Shown: positions 8,205 through 17,834 of the stretch, one piece after another
Layout of the letters: each line of letters begins with the position of its first letter
How positions within the stretch are numbered: the first letter of the stretch is position 1
DNA from: a virus
Virus record (IMG/VR): IMGVR_UViG_3300044611_001420
Direction: 5' to 3' (one strand)
DNA length: 64,000 bases
Notes under the pieces: model-generated
The model's database searches: none
Told to the model about the DNA's origin: nothing
The model's input: only the letters and a program-made list of their open reading frames with translations
Program-made: the position numbers and the translations under genes

Positions 8205-8953
8205 AACCTATTAAAGCAAAAGACCTTCTTGAACTGGATAAAAGACTTGAAGTTGTAAAACTTCAGGGTTATCCAATCCCAGAACAAGTTATTTGGCAAG
8301 CAGGAAAGGGCGATTATTCTGAAGTTCCGATTCATAACGTTCCAGTTCCTAACCATCACGAATGTGGTCAGTGGATTGTTGAACAATTGCTTGCTAATGA
8401 GAGAGGGCATTGGGGTCCAATTGAGCACCCTGGCATTACTTTTTCTTGTGCTGGATTTGTTCATAATGTTATCGTTCAGGCAAGAACTCATCGTATCGGA
8501 ACTAGTTGGGATGTTCAATCTCAGCGTTATACTGGAAAGCGTGTAGTTAAGGTTGCTAAAAAGGAACTTGATGTTGAAGAGGTCTTCTATGTGCGCCCTG
8601 TGGGATTCTACACCAATCGTAAGGGTAAGAAGTATGAATGGACCGAAGAGCACCGACAACGCAAGTTAGATCGCATTTTGAGTGAGTGTGAGGAGTATGT
8701 TGATTACTATGAGCAGGGTATGTGTGAAGAGCATATTCGGGATTATCTTCCTCAGGCAATTCGTCAGAACTTTGTGGTTTCTTTCAATCTAAGGTCTGTT
8801 CTTCACTTTATGGATCTTCGTTCAAAACTTGATGCTCAACTTGAAATTCAAGCACTTTGTGATGCAATTGCTCCCGAACTGAAACTATGGGCACCAAATG
8901 TTTGGAACTACTATGAAGAGAAGAGACTGCATAGAGCACGTCTGAGTCCCTAA
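8201..8953 (+). CDS. thyX: FAD-dependent thymidylate synthase
   Basis: GHWGPIEH, QARTHRIGTSWDVQSQRY (ThyX motif), NLRSVLHFMDLR and AQLEIQ. Confidence 0.93.
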   Translation: MKPIKAKDLLELDKRLEVVKLQGYPIPEQVIWQAGKGDYSEVPIHNVPVPNHHECGQWIVEQLLANERGHWGPIEHPGITFSCAGFVHNVIVQARTHRIGTSWDVQSQRYTGKRVVKVAKKELDVEEVFYVRPVGFYTNRKGKKYEWTEEHRQRKLDRILSECEEYVDYYEQGMCEEHIRDYLPQAIRQNFVVSFNLRSVLHFMDLRSKLDAQLEIQALCDAIAPELKLWAPNVWNYYEEKRLHRARLSP

Positions 8954-8980
8954 ATATTTTTGTGTTGATTTTGTAATTTT

Positions 8981-9532
8981 ATGGAGTATTATACTTACGC
9001 TTATTTACGAGAAGATAAAACTCCATGGTATATTGGTAAAGGTAAAGGTAGAAGAGCATATCAAAAACATGATTTCTTTTCTCCTCCACCAAAAGACAGA
9101 ATACTCATTCTTAAAAATAATCTTACAGAAGATGCTGCATATAAACATGAAATTTATATGATTAATGTTTTTGGTAGAAAAGATTTGGGAACTGGAATTC
9201 TTCGCAATAAATCAAATGGTGGAGATGCTCCTCCTATCTTTACTGGACATACTGAAAAAAGTAAAGAAAAGATACGAAATTCCTGCAAGGGTAGAGTATT
9301 GGGTCCAGGTATGAGTGAAGATGCGAAAAATCGTCTTTCTAAACGAAATAAAGATATGGGAATAAAACCTCCCTTACATGTTAAATCGTTTAAATTGATG
9401 TCTCCAAAGGGGGAAATATATAATGGTGACAATATTAATGAATTTTGTGAACTACACAATTTAAAACCCTCTTGCATATATGATTTGCGTAGAGGAAGAC
9501 AACAACAACATAAAGGATGGAGATTGGTTTAA
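8981..9532 (+). CDS. Free-standing GIY-YIG-like (Seg-like) homing endonuclease
   Basis: YYTYAYLREDKTPWYIGKG...RRAY...E...LRNKSNGGD, a NUMOD-like HTEKSKEKI repeat and a C-terminal HKGW domain. Confidence 0.8.
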   Translation: MEYYTYAYLREDKTPWYIGKGKGRRAYQKHDFFSPPPKDRILILKNNLTEDAAYKHEIYMINVFGRKDLGTGILRNKSNGGDAPPIFTGHTEKSKEKIRNSCKGRVLGPGMSEDAKNRLSKRNKDMGIKPPLHVKSFKLMSPKGEIYNGDNINEFCELHNLKPSCIYDLRRGRQQQHKGWRLV

Positions 9533-9774
9533 TGGCAATATATCCAGTTTATAATCCGGAAACGGGTGAAAAAAAAGTTATTGAAATGAGTGTCCATGAT
9601 ATTATGGATTGGTATGAAAATAATAAACCTTGGTCCCGTGATTGGTCACAAGGATGTGCCACACCAGGAGAGATTGGTGATATGCTAAGTAAGCACGTCA
9701 GCAGAAATCCTGGATGGAATGAGGTACTTTCTAAAGTTTCAAAGGTTCCTGGGGCAAACGTAAAACCGATTTAA
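9532..9774 (+). CDS. Conserved hypothetical protein upstream of phoH (FmdB-like position)
   Basis: MAIYPVYNPETGE...PGWNEVLSKVSKVPG; this is the usual neighbour of phoH in cyanomyoviruses. Confidence 0.7.
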   Translation: MAIYPVYNPETGEKKVIEMSVHDIMDWYENNKPWSRDWSQGCATPGEIGDMLSKHVSRNPGWNEVLSKVSKVPGANVKPI

Positions 9775-9776
9775 CT

Positions 9777-10535
9777 ATGGCAAGAAAAAGAAGAAACAAT
9801 GACAATCAACCAATTGGTGTTGGTTACACATCCAAACAGATGAAGAGGAGAAAACCAATCAGTGCTGATTATCTCATTGATGTTGAACCTTTAACAGAGA
9901 ATCAAAGAAAACTTTTTGAATCATATAAAAACGGAAAACATTTGGTTGCTTATGGTTGTGCTGGTACTGGTAAAACATTTATCAGTCTCTATAATGCACT
10001 TAAAGATGTATTAGATGAGACAACACCATACGAACAAATCTATGTGGTTCGTTCTCTTGTAGCAACTCGTGAGATTGGTTTTCTTCCAGGAGACCACGAT
10101 GATAAGTCTGCTCTTTATCAAATTCCTTATAAGAATATGGTAAAGTATATGTTCCAAATGCCCAGTGATGCTGATTTTGAGATGCTTTATGGTAATCTCA
10201 AATCTCAGGAAACTGTAAAGTTTTGGAGCACATCTTTTATTCGTGGTACAACACTTGATAATTCAATCATTATTGTTGATGAATATCAGAACCTTAATTT
10301 TCACGAATTGGATTCTATCATTACTCGTGTCGGTGAAAATAGCAGAATTATTTTTTGTGGAGATGCCACACAATCTGATTTGGTTAAAACAAATGAAAGA
10401 AACGGCATTAGTGATTTTATGAATATTCTAAGAAAGATGGAATCTTTTGATATTATTGAATTTGGAGTAGATGATATTTGTAGGTCTGGACTTGTTAAGG
10501 AATATATTGTTGCAAAAATGGAAGCAGGTTATTAA
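9777..10535 (+). CDS. phoH: PhoH-family ATPase
   Basis: GCAGTGKT Walker A, IGFLPGD, FIRGTTLDNSIIIVDEYQN and GDATQSDL. Confidence 0.96.
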   Translation: MARKRRNNDNQPIGVGYTSKQMKRRKPISADYLIDVEPLTENQRKLFESYKNGKHLVAYGCAGTGKTFISLYNALKDVLDETTPYEQIYVVRSLVATREIGFLPGDHDDKSALYQIPYKNMVKYMFQMPSDADFEMLYGNLKSQETVKFWSTSFIRGTTLDNSIIIVDEYQNLNFHELDSIITRVGENSRIIFCGDATQSDLVKTNERNGISDFMNILRKMESFDIIEFGVDDICRSGLVKEYIVAKMEAGY

Positions 10536-11272
10536 TGTCTAATCCTTTAATTGAAAAATATAATGAATTATATGGTGAAAAACAAATAAAAAGTAATCTT
10601 TTCACTCATATTGATATTAATCTTCCAAAACTTGAAAGGGAAACCATAGATGGTGTTCGTTATTACACAATACCAGAAGAAGATAAACCAATTAAACTTG
10701 TTTCAATTACCTCTGTAACCAGTCATAAGAACCGTCAGTTCTTTGCTGATTGGAGAAAAAAAGTTGGGGAAAAGCAAGCAGATAAAATTACTAAACAAGC
10801 AACCAGTCGTGGAACTGATATGCATACACTGGTGGAAAATTATCTTTACAATAAAGACCTTCCACCAGTCCAACCTTTATCTGATTTTCTCTTCAAAATT
10901 GCAAAACCAGAATTAAATTGTATAAATAATATTCATGCTCTTGAAGGTTCTCTTTACAGTAAAGTTCTTGGTATTGCAGGAACTGTAGATTGTATCGGAG
11001 AGTATAATGGTGAGTTAGCAATAATCGACTTTAAAACTTCTAAAAAACCAAAACCAAGAGAGTGGATTGAACACTATTTTGTTCAGTGTATGGCATATGG
11101 TTGTATGTTATACGAGATTACTGGTATAATGGTAAAGAAATTAGTCATCATTATGGCTTGTGAAAATGGAGAATGCATTGTTTATGAAGAATATGACAAA
11201 CAAAAATACATTAAATTACTCACCGAATATATTAGAGAATTTGTTAGAGATAAACTTCACCAATATGAATGA
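10535..11272 (+). CDS. PD-(D/E)XK exonuclease (Cas4/RecB-like)
   Basis: SITSVT, RGTDMH, AGTVDC, IIDFKTS and YFVQCMAY. Confidence 0.88.
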   Translation: MSNPLIEKYNELYGEKQIKSNLFTHIDINLPKLERETIDGVRYYTIPEEDKPIKLVSITSVTSHKNRQFFADWRKKVGEKQADKITKQATSRGTDMHTLVENYLYNKDLPPVQPLSDFLFKIAKPELNCINNIHALEGSLYSKVLGIAGTVDCIGEYNGELAIIDFKTSKKPKPREWIEHYFVQCMAYGCMLYEITGIMVKKLVIIMACENGECIVYEEYDKQKYIKLLTEYIREFVRDKLHQYE

Positions 11273-11519
11273 TAAAGTAAAGGACGAATTAAATAGTAAG
11301 TTTTTATGTCCTCAAAGGTTTGCACAGGATATAGAAAATATTGTAAAAAATTCTAAAATTAATTATATTGATGCAATCGTTACTTATTGTGAAGAGAATA
11401 GCATTGAAATTGAAACGGTTTCTAAACTAATTTCAAAACCATTAAAGGAAAAAATTAAAAATGATGCTATTGAATTGAATTTTTTGAAAAAAACTACTCG
11501 TGCTAAATTGCCGTTGTGA
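11265..11519 (+). CDS. gp33: Late-promoter transcription co-activator gp33
   Basis: YIDAIVTYCEENSIEIETVSKLISKPLKEKIKNDAIELNFLK; sits before gp59 and gp32. Start taken at ATG 11265. Confidence 0.9.
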   Translation: MNDKVKDELNSKFLCPQRFAQDIENIVKNSKINYIDAIVTYCEENSIEIETVSKLISKPLKEKIKNDAIELNFLKKTTRAKLPL

Positions 11520-12106
11520 CTCCATTTGATGTATATAAAACCTATCTTGCAATAAAAAATCATTTTAATAAACCATCATACGATTACTTTAAGTATTGTG
11601 GAAAGTCCAGAGCATCTCTGGACTCTTTTCATAAGAGGAAAGATAGATTTTTCTTTGAACGAACTTCTAGACAGAAGAGTGATGATGAAATCAAAGCATA
11701 TTTTGTTGCAAATTTTGTTGAATGTAATGACCCACAATCACTTTGGATTGGTGAAATTATTCGTAGTGGGGAAGAAACATATACTAATTGGTTGAAAAAA
11801 TCTCAGAGTCTTTTTTATTTGTTTAAAACTGAATGTGAAATTTTTATCCAAAAGGATAATTTTGAAAAATTGTTTGAGATAAAAAACAATCAACATCCAG
11901 AAATTCTTAAAAAGTATTTTCAAAAAGCAGTCAGTTTAGAAACAATGGTGATATTGGATATGATATTGGGTTATGTTAAAAAATTTGATAAAAAAATAAC
12001 AGACCCAGTATGGGAAACCGTTAGGTTAAGAATTATAAAATACAAACCATTTCTAAATATTGATGTAGCAAAGTACAAGAAAGTTCTTCAGGAGATTGTG
12101 TTATGA
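11516..12106 (+). CDS. gp59: Helicase loader gp59
   Basis: FDVYKTYLAIKNHF...YDYFKY...FHKRKDRFFFE; synteny with gp33 and gp32. Confidence 0.9.
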   Translation: MTPFDVYKTYLAIKNHFNKPSYDYFKYCGKSRASLDSFHKRKDRFFFERTSRQKSDDEIKAYFVANFVECNDPQSLWIGEIIRSGEETYTNWLKKSQSLFYLFKTECEIFIQKDNFEKLFEIKNNQHPEILKKYFQKAVSLETMVILDMILGYVKKFDKKITDPVWETVRLRIIKYKPFLNIDVAKYKKVLQEIVL

Positions 12107-12435
12107 GTAGATTTTTTGATTCGGAACAAGTCAGAGAATCTTTACTTGAATTGGAAGAACTTCAGCAGAGTATTTTTGATGAATTGTTTTCTCTTCCTTT
12201 CTTTGACTCAAAACAAAAAAAGGAACATCTTGATAAGATGAAACTTTTTTTAGAAAAACAAAAAAATTTTGTTTTTAGATTATCATTGTCTGATGACCCA
12301 GAAGCAATTGAAATGAAAAATAGAATTCTGGATTCTGCCAAAATTTTTGGATTGAAACCAGGAGATAATTTGAATGCTTTCTTTGAAAAACTGGAAGAGT
12401 CAATCCAAAACCTTGAAGAAACACTTGACAAATAA
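12103..12435 (+). CDS. DUF1825-like protein
   Basis: FFDSEQVR...LEKQKNFVFRLSLSDDPEA. Confidence 0.75.
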   Translation: MSRFFDSEQVRESLLELEELQQSIFDELFSLPFFDSKQKKEHLDKMKLFLEKQKNFVFRLSLSDDPEAIEMKNRILDSAKIFGLKPGDNLNAFFEKLEESIQNLEETLDK

Positions 12436-12453
12436 CTTCATTACTGCTACAAT
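12425..12453 (+). promoter_or_regulatory. Sigma70-type early promoter of gp32
   Basis: TTGACA-17 nt-TACAAT with an extended -10 TG. Confidence 0.75.
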
Positions 12454-12498
12454 TAATATGTACAATACGTCTCAATACAACTAATATGGAGAATACAA

Positions 12499-13398
12499 AT
12501 GTCATTTGCTGATTTGAAGAAGCAATCAAAGCTGGGTTCTTTGACCGAAAAACTCATCAAACAAGTTGAGAAACTTAACGACAGTGGTTCCAAAGATGAT
12601 GATCGTTTTTGGAAACCTGTAATGGATAAGGGTGGTACTGGTTCCGCAATCATTCGATTTCTTCCTGCACCAGAGGGTTGTGATCTGCCTTGGGTTCAAG
12701 TTTGGTCTCACGCATTTCAATCAAATGGAAAATGGATGATTGATAATTGCCTCACTACTTTGGGACAAAACTGTCCTGTATGTGAAGCAAACCGTGAACT
12801 TTGGAATACTGGCAGTAAGGACAATCAAAATATTGTTCGTGATCGTAAGCGTAAACTTTCTTATTTTGCAAACATTTATGTTGTAAAAGACCCTGCAAAT
12901 CCATCAAACGAAGGAAAAGTTTTTCTTTATAAGTTTGGTAAGAAAATCTTTGATAAGATTATGGCTTCTATGCAACCAGAGTTTGATGATGAAGAACCAA
13001 TCAATCCTTTTGATTTCTGGAAGGGTGCTAACTTCAAACTGAAGTTGGTAAAGAAAGATGGTTATTGGAACTACGATAAGTCCGAGTTCGCACCATCTTC
13101 TGTTCTTCTTGAAGACGATGATGAACTGGAAACAATCTATAAGACACTCAACAACTTGAATGACTTTGTTGCTCCAGGTGAGTTCAAGTCTTATGAAGAT
13201 TTGAAGAAACGTCTTGATTATACACTTGGTCTCAAAGGAACTCCTAAGTATCAAGACCCCGAGACGATTGATGAGGAGGAAGAAGTTGAAGTTTCACGTC
13301 CTGCGAAAGAAACTACTTCAGTTCGTTCTTCTGTTTCTAATGATGATGAAGATGAAGATGACGCACTTTCATACTTTCAAAAGTTGGCATCAGACTGA
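12499..13398 (+). CDS. gp32: Single-stranded DNA-binding protein gp32
   Basis: DDRFWKP, IRFLPAP, HAFQ...CLTTLGQNCPVC, YKFGKKIFDKI, NYDKSEF and an acidic tail. Confidence 0.97.
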   Translation: MSFADLKKQSKLGSLTEKLIKQVEKLNDSGSKDDDRFWKPVMDKGGTGSAIIRFLPAPEGCDLPWVQVWSHAFQSNGKWMIDNCLTTLGQNCPVCEANRELWNTGSKDNQNIVRDRKRKLSYFANIYVVKDPANPSNEGKVFLYKFGKKIFDKIMASMQPEFDDEEPINPFDFWKGANFKLKLVKKDGYWNYDKSEFAPSSVLLEDDDELETIYKTLNNLNDFVAPGEFKSYEDLKKRLDYTLGLKGTPKYQDPETIDEEEEVEVSRPAKETTSVRSSVSNDDEDEDDALSYFQKLASD

Positions 13399-13422
13399 TT
13401 TCAAAATCAACTTTTAAATCCA

Positions 13423-13456
13423 TTTTACCCCCGAAAAAAATCGGGGGTATTTTTTT
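13423..13456. terminator. Terminator between convergent gp32 and gp53
   Basis: TACCCCCGA-A6-TCGGGGGTA followed by T7. Confidence 0.8.
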
Positions 13457-13467
13457 GTCTGTAGGGT

Positions 13468-13761
13468 TCATACCCCAGTTGTTTTTGGATTATAACCACG
13501 TTTAGTTGTTTGATTAATGTATTGAGAAGACTCATCATATTTCATAATGTTCTTCATATCACTTATGAATACTGAAAGAAATTCTGGTTTTAGAATTAAA
13601 ATAAGTCTTTTTTTTTCGTTTTGGTCAACCTCATATTCATAATTTGAAACTGCTTTAAAACTATTTTTTGTTGATACTACGTTTCCTGCTGGTGCAGTGA
13701 TTTTGGTATCTTGTTTTTCTGTAGATATTTTTATTTTTACGCCAGGTAATGGAGTTGCCAT
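13468..13761 (-). CDS. gp53 baseplate wedge, C-terminal part as a separate ORF
   Basis: VSNYEYEVDQNEKKRLILILKPEFLSVFISDMKNIMKY is the typical gp53 C-terminal motif. Confidence 0.75.
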   Translation of the reverse strand: MATPLPGVKIKISTEKQDTKITAPAGNVVSTKNSFKAVSNYEYEVDQNEKKRLILILKPEFLSVFISDMKNIMKYDESSQYINQTTKRGYNPKTTGV

Positions 13762-13774
13762 TTTTTATTTTTAT

Positions 13775-14617
13775 TTAGGATTGAGGTAGGAATTTAAATA
13801 CTGGAACAACCTTTCCGTCTTGAATTTCTCCGACAATTTCATACAGTGTTGGGTCTAATGCAACATCATTATCAAAGACAACATCACCGACTTGTATAGT
13901 TGTAGATATACTGTTTCTTCCAACTACTGAAAAACTTCCACCCCAACTATTAGGCCAATTTGATAAAGTGTTTATAATTGAAATTGGTGTGTTTGTATCT
14001 CGTGCTTTTACTTGTAGGAAGGATTTATTAGTTTCAATATCTTTTACAATGGCATCAGTATTTTCGTTAGATATATAATTTCCAAAAACACGAACAAATT
14101 GATTTAAATTAATTGTGATTACATTGTCGGCATCAGCACTTGGAAACTCAGATAGATTATATTCAGTATCTGTTGTGTTTGTTGTGACTGATATTGTTTT
14201 TTGTGGATCAACTTGCAAACCACCAGGAAGAATCAATCTATCAAAACTATCTCTAACTTCTATCGTTTCGTAGTGATGGACTTGTGCTATTGTTTCGTCA
14301 TCACCATACTTATCCAAAAGATACTTATAAAGACTATTATTATCTAAAGGCCATTGGTCATTTAGATTTGTAACGTTATTTGAGATTAGAATAACCCAAT
14401 CAAGAGATGAATCATTATAAACTTTTTGTGCTACTTGGTCTGGTCTCTCATTATCTATTATTTGGTAATATTCAAAGGCAGAAACTGCATTTGCAATATC
14501 ATCTCTAAGTTTTGCTCTTTTAAATAGATTTTTTGTTACAGTATAATCATCATTAAAACTTTGATTTGGAAAATTTGAGACGTACTCAAAGTTGGGAAGT
14601 TCTCTGAAGTATGACAT
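13775..14617 (-). CDS. gp53: Baseplate wedge subunit gp53, N-terminal part plus extension
   Basis: MSYFRELPN...YQIIDNERPDQVA...LDWVILISN...QWPL...HHYET. Confidence 0.88.
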   Translation of the reverse strand: MSYFRELPNFEYVSNFPNQSFNDDYTVTKNLFKRAKLRDDIANAVSAFEYYQIIDNERPDQVAQKVYNDSSLDWVILISNNVTNLNDQWPLDNNSLYKYLLDKYGDDETIAQVHHYETIEVRDSFDRLILPGGLQVDPQKTISVTTNTTDTEYNLSEFPSADADNVITINLNQFVRVFGNYISNENTDAIVKDIETNKSFLQVKARDTNTPISIINTLSNWPNSWGGSFSVVGRNSISTTIQVGDVVFDNDVALDPTLYEIVGEIQDGKVVPVFKFLPQS

Positions 14618-14618
14618 A

Positions 14619-16139
14619 TTAGTATCCTATATCGTTTTCTGTGATTTCATTATAATCACCAGATAGACCATCAAATATTGTATCTTGATAATCACTTTCG
14701 TATATGGGTTCAATTTCTTGAAATCCTAAAGACATTGTGTAAGAAACTGGTTGTCCTTCTTTATATGCTGACCATTGACCATCAGGAGCATAATTTACGG
14801 ATACTCCTTGAAGAGCACATATTTTAAATTTATTTACACCTGCGATTGATTTTCCTCCTACAGTTTTATATTCCAACTTAAACACATTAGGAGAACCAAG
14901 AAATACTGAACCATAACCAGCACCTTTTGTTGCATTAAGTTTTCTTGCAGCACTTCCTTGCTTGAAGAATCTGATGATTCTTCTTACATCTGCTGCCTCT
15001 GGTTCACTTCTTGGACTAAAACGATATGCGAATTGAAATTGACGGAGAGTTGGACCTCTGAATAAGAGTTCAAGATTTGAATTTGGAACCAATCCAGCAC
15101 CCCTTGCCAAAATACTTTCGGGGGAAACTTCAAATCCAGCATTTTTCAATACCATTGACATTAATGCTGTTTTTATCTCTGGCATATTTAAGTCAGCACC
15201 TGCACCCTTTAATAATGCTGCTTGATTTATTGCTCCTGATGGCAGATTTAATCCCCCCTTTTGTTGTGCAATGGCAGCAGCAAGTGCAACAAGAGATTGT
15301 TGAATTCCAGTTCCAAGCAAATTTTTACCTACATATCCAGTAGCTGCTATTGACATGTTGTTCATTCTATCATCCCCCCATTCCACATTGTTGGAATCCG
15401 AGATTCCAGATGGGATTGGTAGAATGACTGTTCCGATTGGATCTTTTAATGCACTATTTCTTTGAACTCCTTCAGTGAATATAGATTTTATATCTATTGC
15501 TTTGCCTGGTGCTGGATCAAATAATTCTTCAAGAGGTGGTTTATAATTAAACATTGTAATGTGAAGAGTATCTTGTTGATTCTCAAGAATATCTTTTGGG
15601 TACTTTAAAAGACCTTTGAATAATTCTTTTTCATTTTTACTTTGGAAATTTTTATAATTTCCTAAATTAAGTCCAGGGTCAAAAAAGTTTCCTTGTCCTG
15701 GTGGGGCAGTGAGTGATGTTCCTCCCAATCCAGGCAATGAAGGTGGTGGTCCTGCTCCAGCAGGGGCATTGTAGACAATAAATCTTCCTTGATTCTGTGG
15801 TTGCGCTGCCGCATTAATCTTATTGCCTTTTGCGCTTCCTCCTCTCGTCTGAAAAGCAGCATAAGATACTTTATTGATGTTTTCTGAATATTGTTTTGCT
15901 AGTTGTGTGGGTTTATTTGGATCCCCATCCTGAAATAATTTTGGATCTTTTATAGCATCACTAGTCCAACTACCATTTAGAAAAAATACAGAAGGGGAAA
16001 TTACATTATGTGGTGGTTGCTCTTTAAGTTGATAATCTCCTGTTTTATAGTTGTATTCAATTCCAAGTCTAATTGAAGTTGGCGCACCACTTGGTTGTGA
16101 TGTGTAATAATTGTCGTTTAGTATTATCCAGTCAGACAT
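14619..16139 (-). CDS. gp48: Baseplate tail-tube cap gp48
   Basis: LKYPKDI, ILPIPSGISDSNNVEW, ELLFRGPTLRQFQFAYRFSPRS and VNYAPDG...FQEIEP. Confidence 0.88.
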   Translation of the reverse strand: MSDWIILNDNYYTSQPSGAPTSIRLGIEYNYKTGDYQLKEQPPHNVISPSVFFLNGSWTSDAIKDPKLFQDGDPNKPTQLAKQYSENINKVSYAAFQTRGGSAKGNKINAAAQPQNQGRFIVYNAPAGAGPPPSLPGLGGTSLTAPPGQGNFFDPGLNLGNYKNFQSKNEKELFKGLLKYPKDILENQQDTLHITMFNYKPPLEELFDPAPGKAIDIKSIFTEGVQRNSALKDPIGTVILPIPSGISDSNNVEWGDDRMNNMSIAATGYVGKNLLGTGIQQSLVALAAAIAQQKGGLNLPSGAINQAALLKGAGADLNMPEIKTALMSMVLKNAGFEVSPESILARGAGLVPNSNLELLFRGPTLRQFQFAYRFSPRSEPEAADVRRIIRFFKQGSAARKLNATKGAGYGSVFLGSPNVFKLEYKTVGGKSIAGVNKFKICALQGVSVNYAPDGQWSAYKEGQPVSYTMSLGFQEIEPIYESDYQDTIFDGLSGDYNEITENDIGY

Positions 16140-16637
16140 TTATGGTGCGTCCCAAACTTTGGTTTTAAATACTGGTTGTCCTCGTCTATCCACAAATTTC
16201 TCTGTTGGAAGTAAAGATACTCCTGCCCATTCTCCTTCAGGCACTTTAAAGAAATCACTCATTACTCCAGAGAAGAGATATTTATGTAAAGTTTTCTTGG
16301 GTGCATTTACAATACCTGATTTATTTAGATAAGAATTTGCAACTGCTTCACGATACTTTGGTGTTAGATAGTGAAGATTTGAACCAAAAAAAGAACCTTC
16401 TCTTGGATTTACTTCAATGATATAAGATAGTGGATGCATATCCCAATAATCATATCTTTGAGGATACTTGGCATTGTACATAAAAAATACTAAATCACCA
16501 GGAATTATAAATCCAGTATCTAATTGATTGATATCTTTTTTGTTGTATTCTAATAAAGAATTCATCAATGAATTGACATACCAACTGGTGCTTTTATATT
16601 TTCCTCCCGTTTCTTTTATAATTTCTTCTGCTATCAT
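16140..16637 (-). CDS. gp2: DNA end protector protein gp2
   Basis: PGDLVFFMYNAK...YWDMHPL...GSNLHYL...LLPTEKF; lies between gp4 and gp48. Confidence 0.82.
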   Translation of the reverse strand: MIAEEIIKETGGKYKSTSWYVNSLMNSLLEYNKKDINQLDTGFIIPGDLVFFMYNAKYPQRYDYWDMHPLSYIIEVNPREGSFFGSNLHYLTPKYREAVANSYLNKSGIVNAPKKTLHKYLFSGVMSDFFKVPEGEWAGVSLLPTEKFVDRRGQPVFKTKVWDAP

Positions 16638-17098
16638 AATTTGATACCTAATTCTTTTTCTGTCAGAACACGAAACTCATAATTTCTGTCTGCACAATAT
16701 TCCTTTGCTGCTTCCCATTTTGCTTGATTTACTGCCCAAGTTTTAACAGCATATGCCCAAGATTTTGTTTTTCTTTTTGGATTTGTTTCTGGCATTTTTA
16801 AATCTTTTTGTGGTTTAATTTCTACAACCAGATGTCTGTTATTTCCATTTTTGTCTTTATATTTAACGAAGAAGTCTGGGAAATATCTGTGAATTTTATT
16901 ATCAATTGGAGAACGATAAGGAATCCAAAATTCTTCAGATTTCCAACCATTTACACTTTCAGTTAGGTCACAATATTGCATAAACTTCAATTCATATGAT
17001 GACCTATAAACTATGTTTGTTGGGTCACCATTATATTTTTCTGGGTTTTGTGGTCTATATTTTCCTTGCCTATACTTACTATCTTCGTTACGAGGCAT
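16634..17098 (-). CDS. gp4: Head completion nuclease gp4 (TnsA-like)
   Basis: QGKYRPQNPEKYNGD...YRSSYEL...HRYFPDF...VEIKP...NQAKWEAA...LTEKEL. Confidence 0.93.
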   Translation of the reverse strand: MPRNEDSKYRQGKYRPQNPEKYNGDPTNIVYRSSYELKFMQYCDLTESVNGWKSEEFWIPYRSPIDNKIHRYFPDFFVKYKDKNGNNRHLVVEIKPQKDLKMPETNPKRKTKSWAYAVKTWAVNQAKWEAAKEYCADRNYEFRVLTEKELGIKL

Positions 17099-17120
17099 AC
17101 ATATTATATAATCTTAATCG

Positions 17121-17128
17121 TATTTATA
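17121..17128 (-). promoter_or_regulatory. T4-type late promoter for the minus-strand gp4-gp2-gp48-gp53 operon
   Basis: Plus-strand TATTTATA is TATAAATA on the minus strand, 22 nt before the gp4 ATG. Confidence 0.7.
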
Positions 17129-17129
17129 A

Positions 17130-17834
17130 ATGGCATCAAGAGGACCAGGAGCAGGACAACCTGAAGTTGGTTTTTTGTATAAGACAACAGATGAAGCATT
17201 AGAAATCTTTGGTAAATTATCCCTTACAAGTCAATTTAAGGTATCATTGCACTTGACTAATCGTGGTGATGGTGATTTATTGATGAATTGGTTGGCAGAT
17301 GCAGGAATTACAAGTGATGGAGAATTTTCAAAATTTGACTTTTATTGTGCGGAGACTTCACTTCCTGGCGCAACCTTTGATGTCACGGAAGAGATTGGGT
17401 CACGTCAAGGAGTGATAGAGAGGTTTCCAACTAAAAGAGTTTATCCAGATGTTACAATGACATTTTATGTTGATTATGATTATAAACTCATTCGTCTTTT
17501 TGAAGAATGGATGAATTATATCAATCCTGTTTATACAGATGCTGGAGAAGTTAAAGCAAATTCAAGGGGACAGGGAGACGCAAAAAATCGTCCAGATTTC
17601 TTTAGACTTAAATATCCCGACACATATAAGAGAATTATATCAATTGTAAAATTTGAAAGAGATTTGAATAGAACTAATGATGTGCCAAGAATAACTTATC
17701 GTTTGATTGATGCTTTCCCTACAAACATAGCAGCAATGCCAGTGACTTATGAAGGAAGTACAATCACTAAAACAATAGTTACCTTTAGTTACTCCCGTTA
17801 TGTAATTGAAAAACATAAAACGAGGAGTAAATAA
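17130..17834 (+). CDS. Baseplate tail-tube initiator (gp54-like, gp19 fold)
   Basis: YCAETSLPG...TFYVD...FEEWMNYI...YRLIDAFPTNI...VTFSY. Confidence 0.75.
   Translation: MASRGPGAGQPEVGFLYKTTDEALEIFGKLSLTSQFKVSLHLTNRGDGDLLMNWLADAGITSDGEFSKFDFYCAETSLPGATFDVTEEIGSRQGVIERFPTKRVYPDVTMTFYVDYDYKLIRLFEEWMNYINPVYTDAGEVKANSRGQGDAKNRPDFFRLKYPDTYKRIISIVKFERDLNRTNDVPRITYRLIDAFPTNIAAMPVTYEGSTITKTIVTFSYSRYVIEKHKTRSK

Noticed and set aside
8006-8659. 217-aa minus-strand ORF and similar antisense ORFs over psbD, gp32 and structural genes
   Set aside because: They overlap well-supported plus-strand genes and have no recognisable motifs.
10535-11272. Cas4-like nuclease as evidence for a CRISPR system
   Set aside because: It occupies the standard phoH-exonuclease-gp33-gp59 core position and there are no cas genes or array.
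13468-17098. Minus-strand block as a recent inversion
   Set aside because: This orientation of gp53, gp48, gp2 and gp4 is the normal arrangement in T4-like cyanophages, and no recombinase or flanking inverted repeats were seen.
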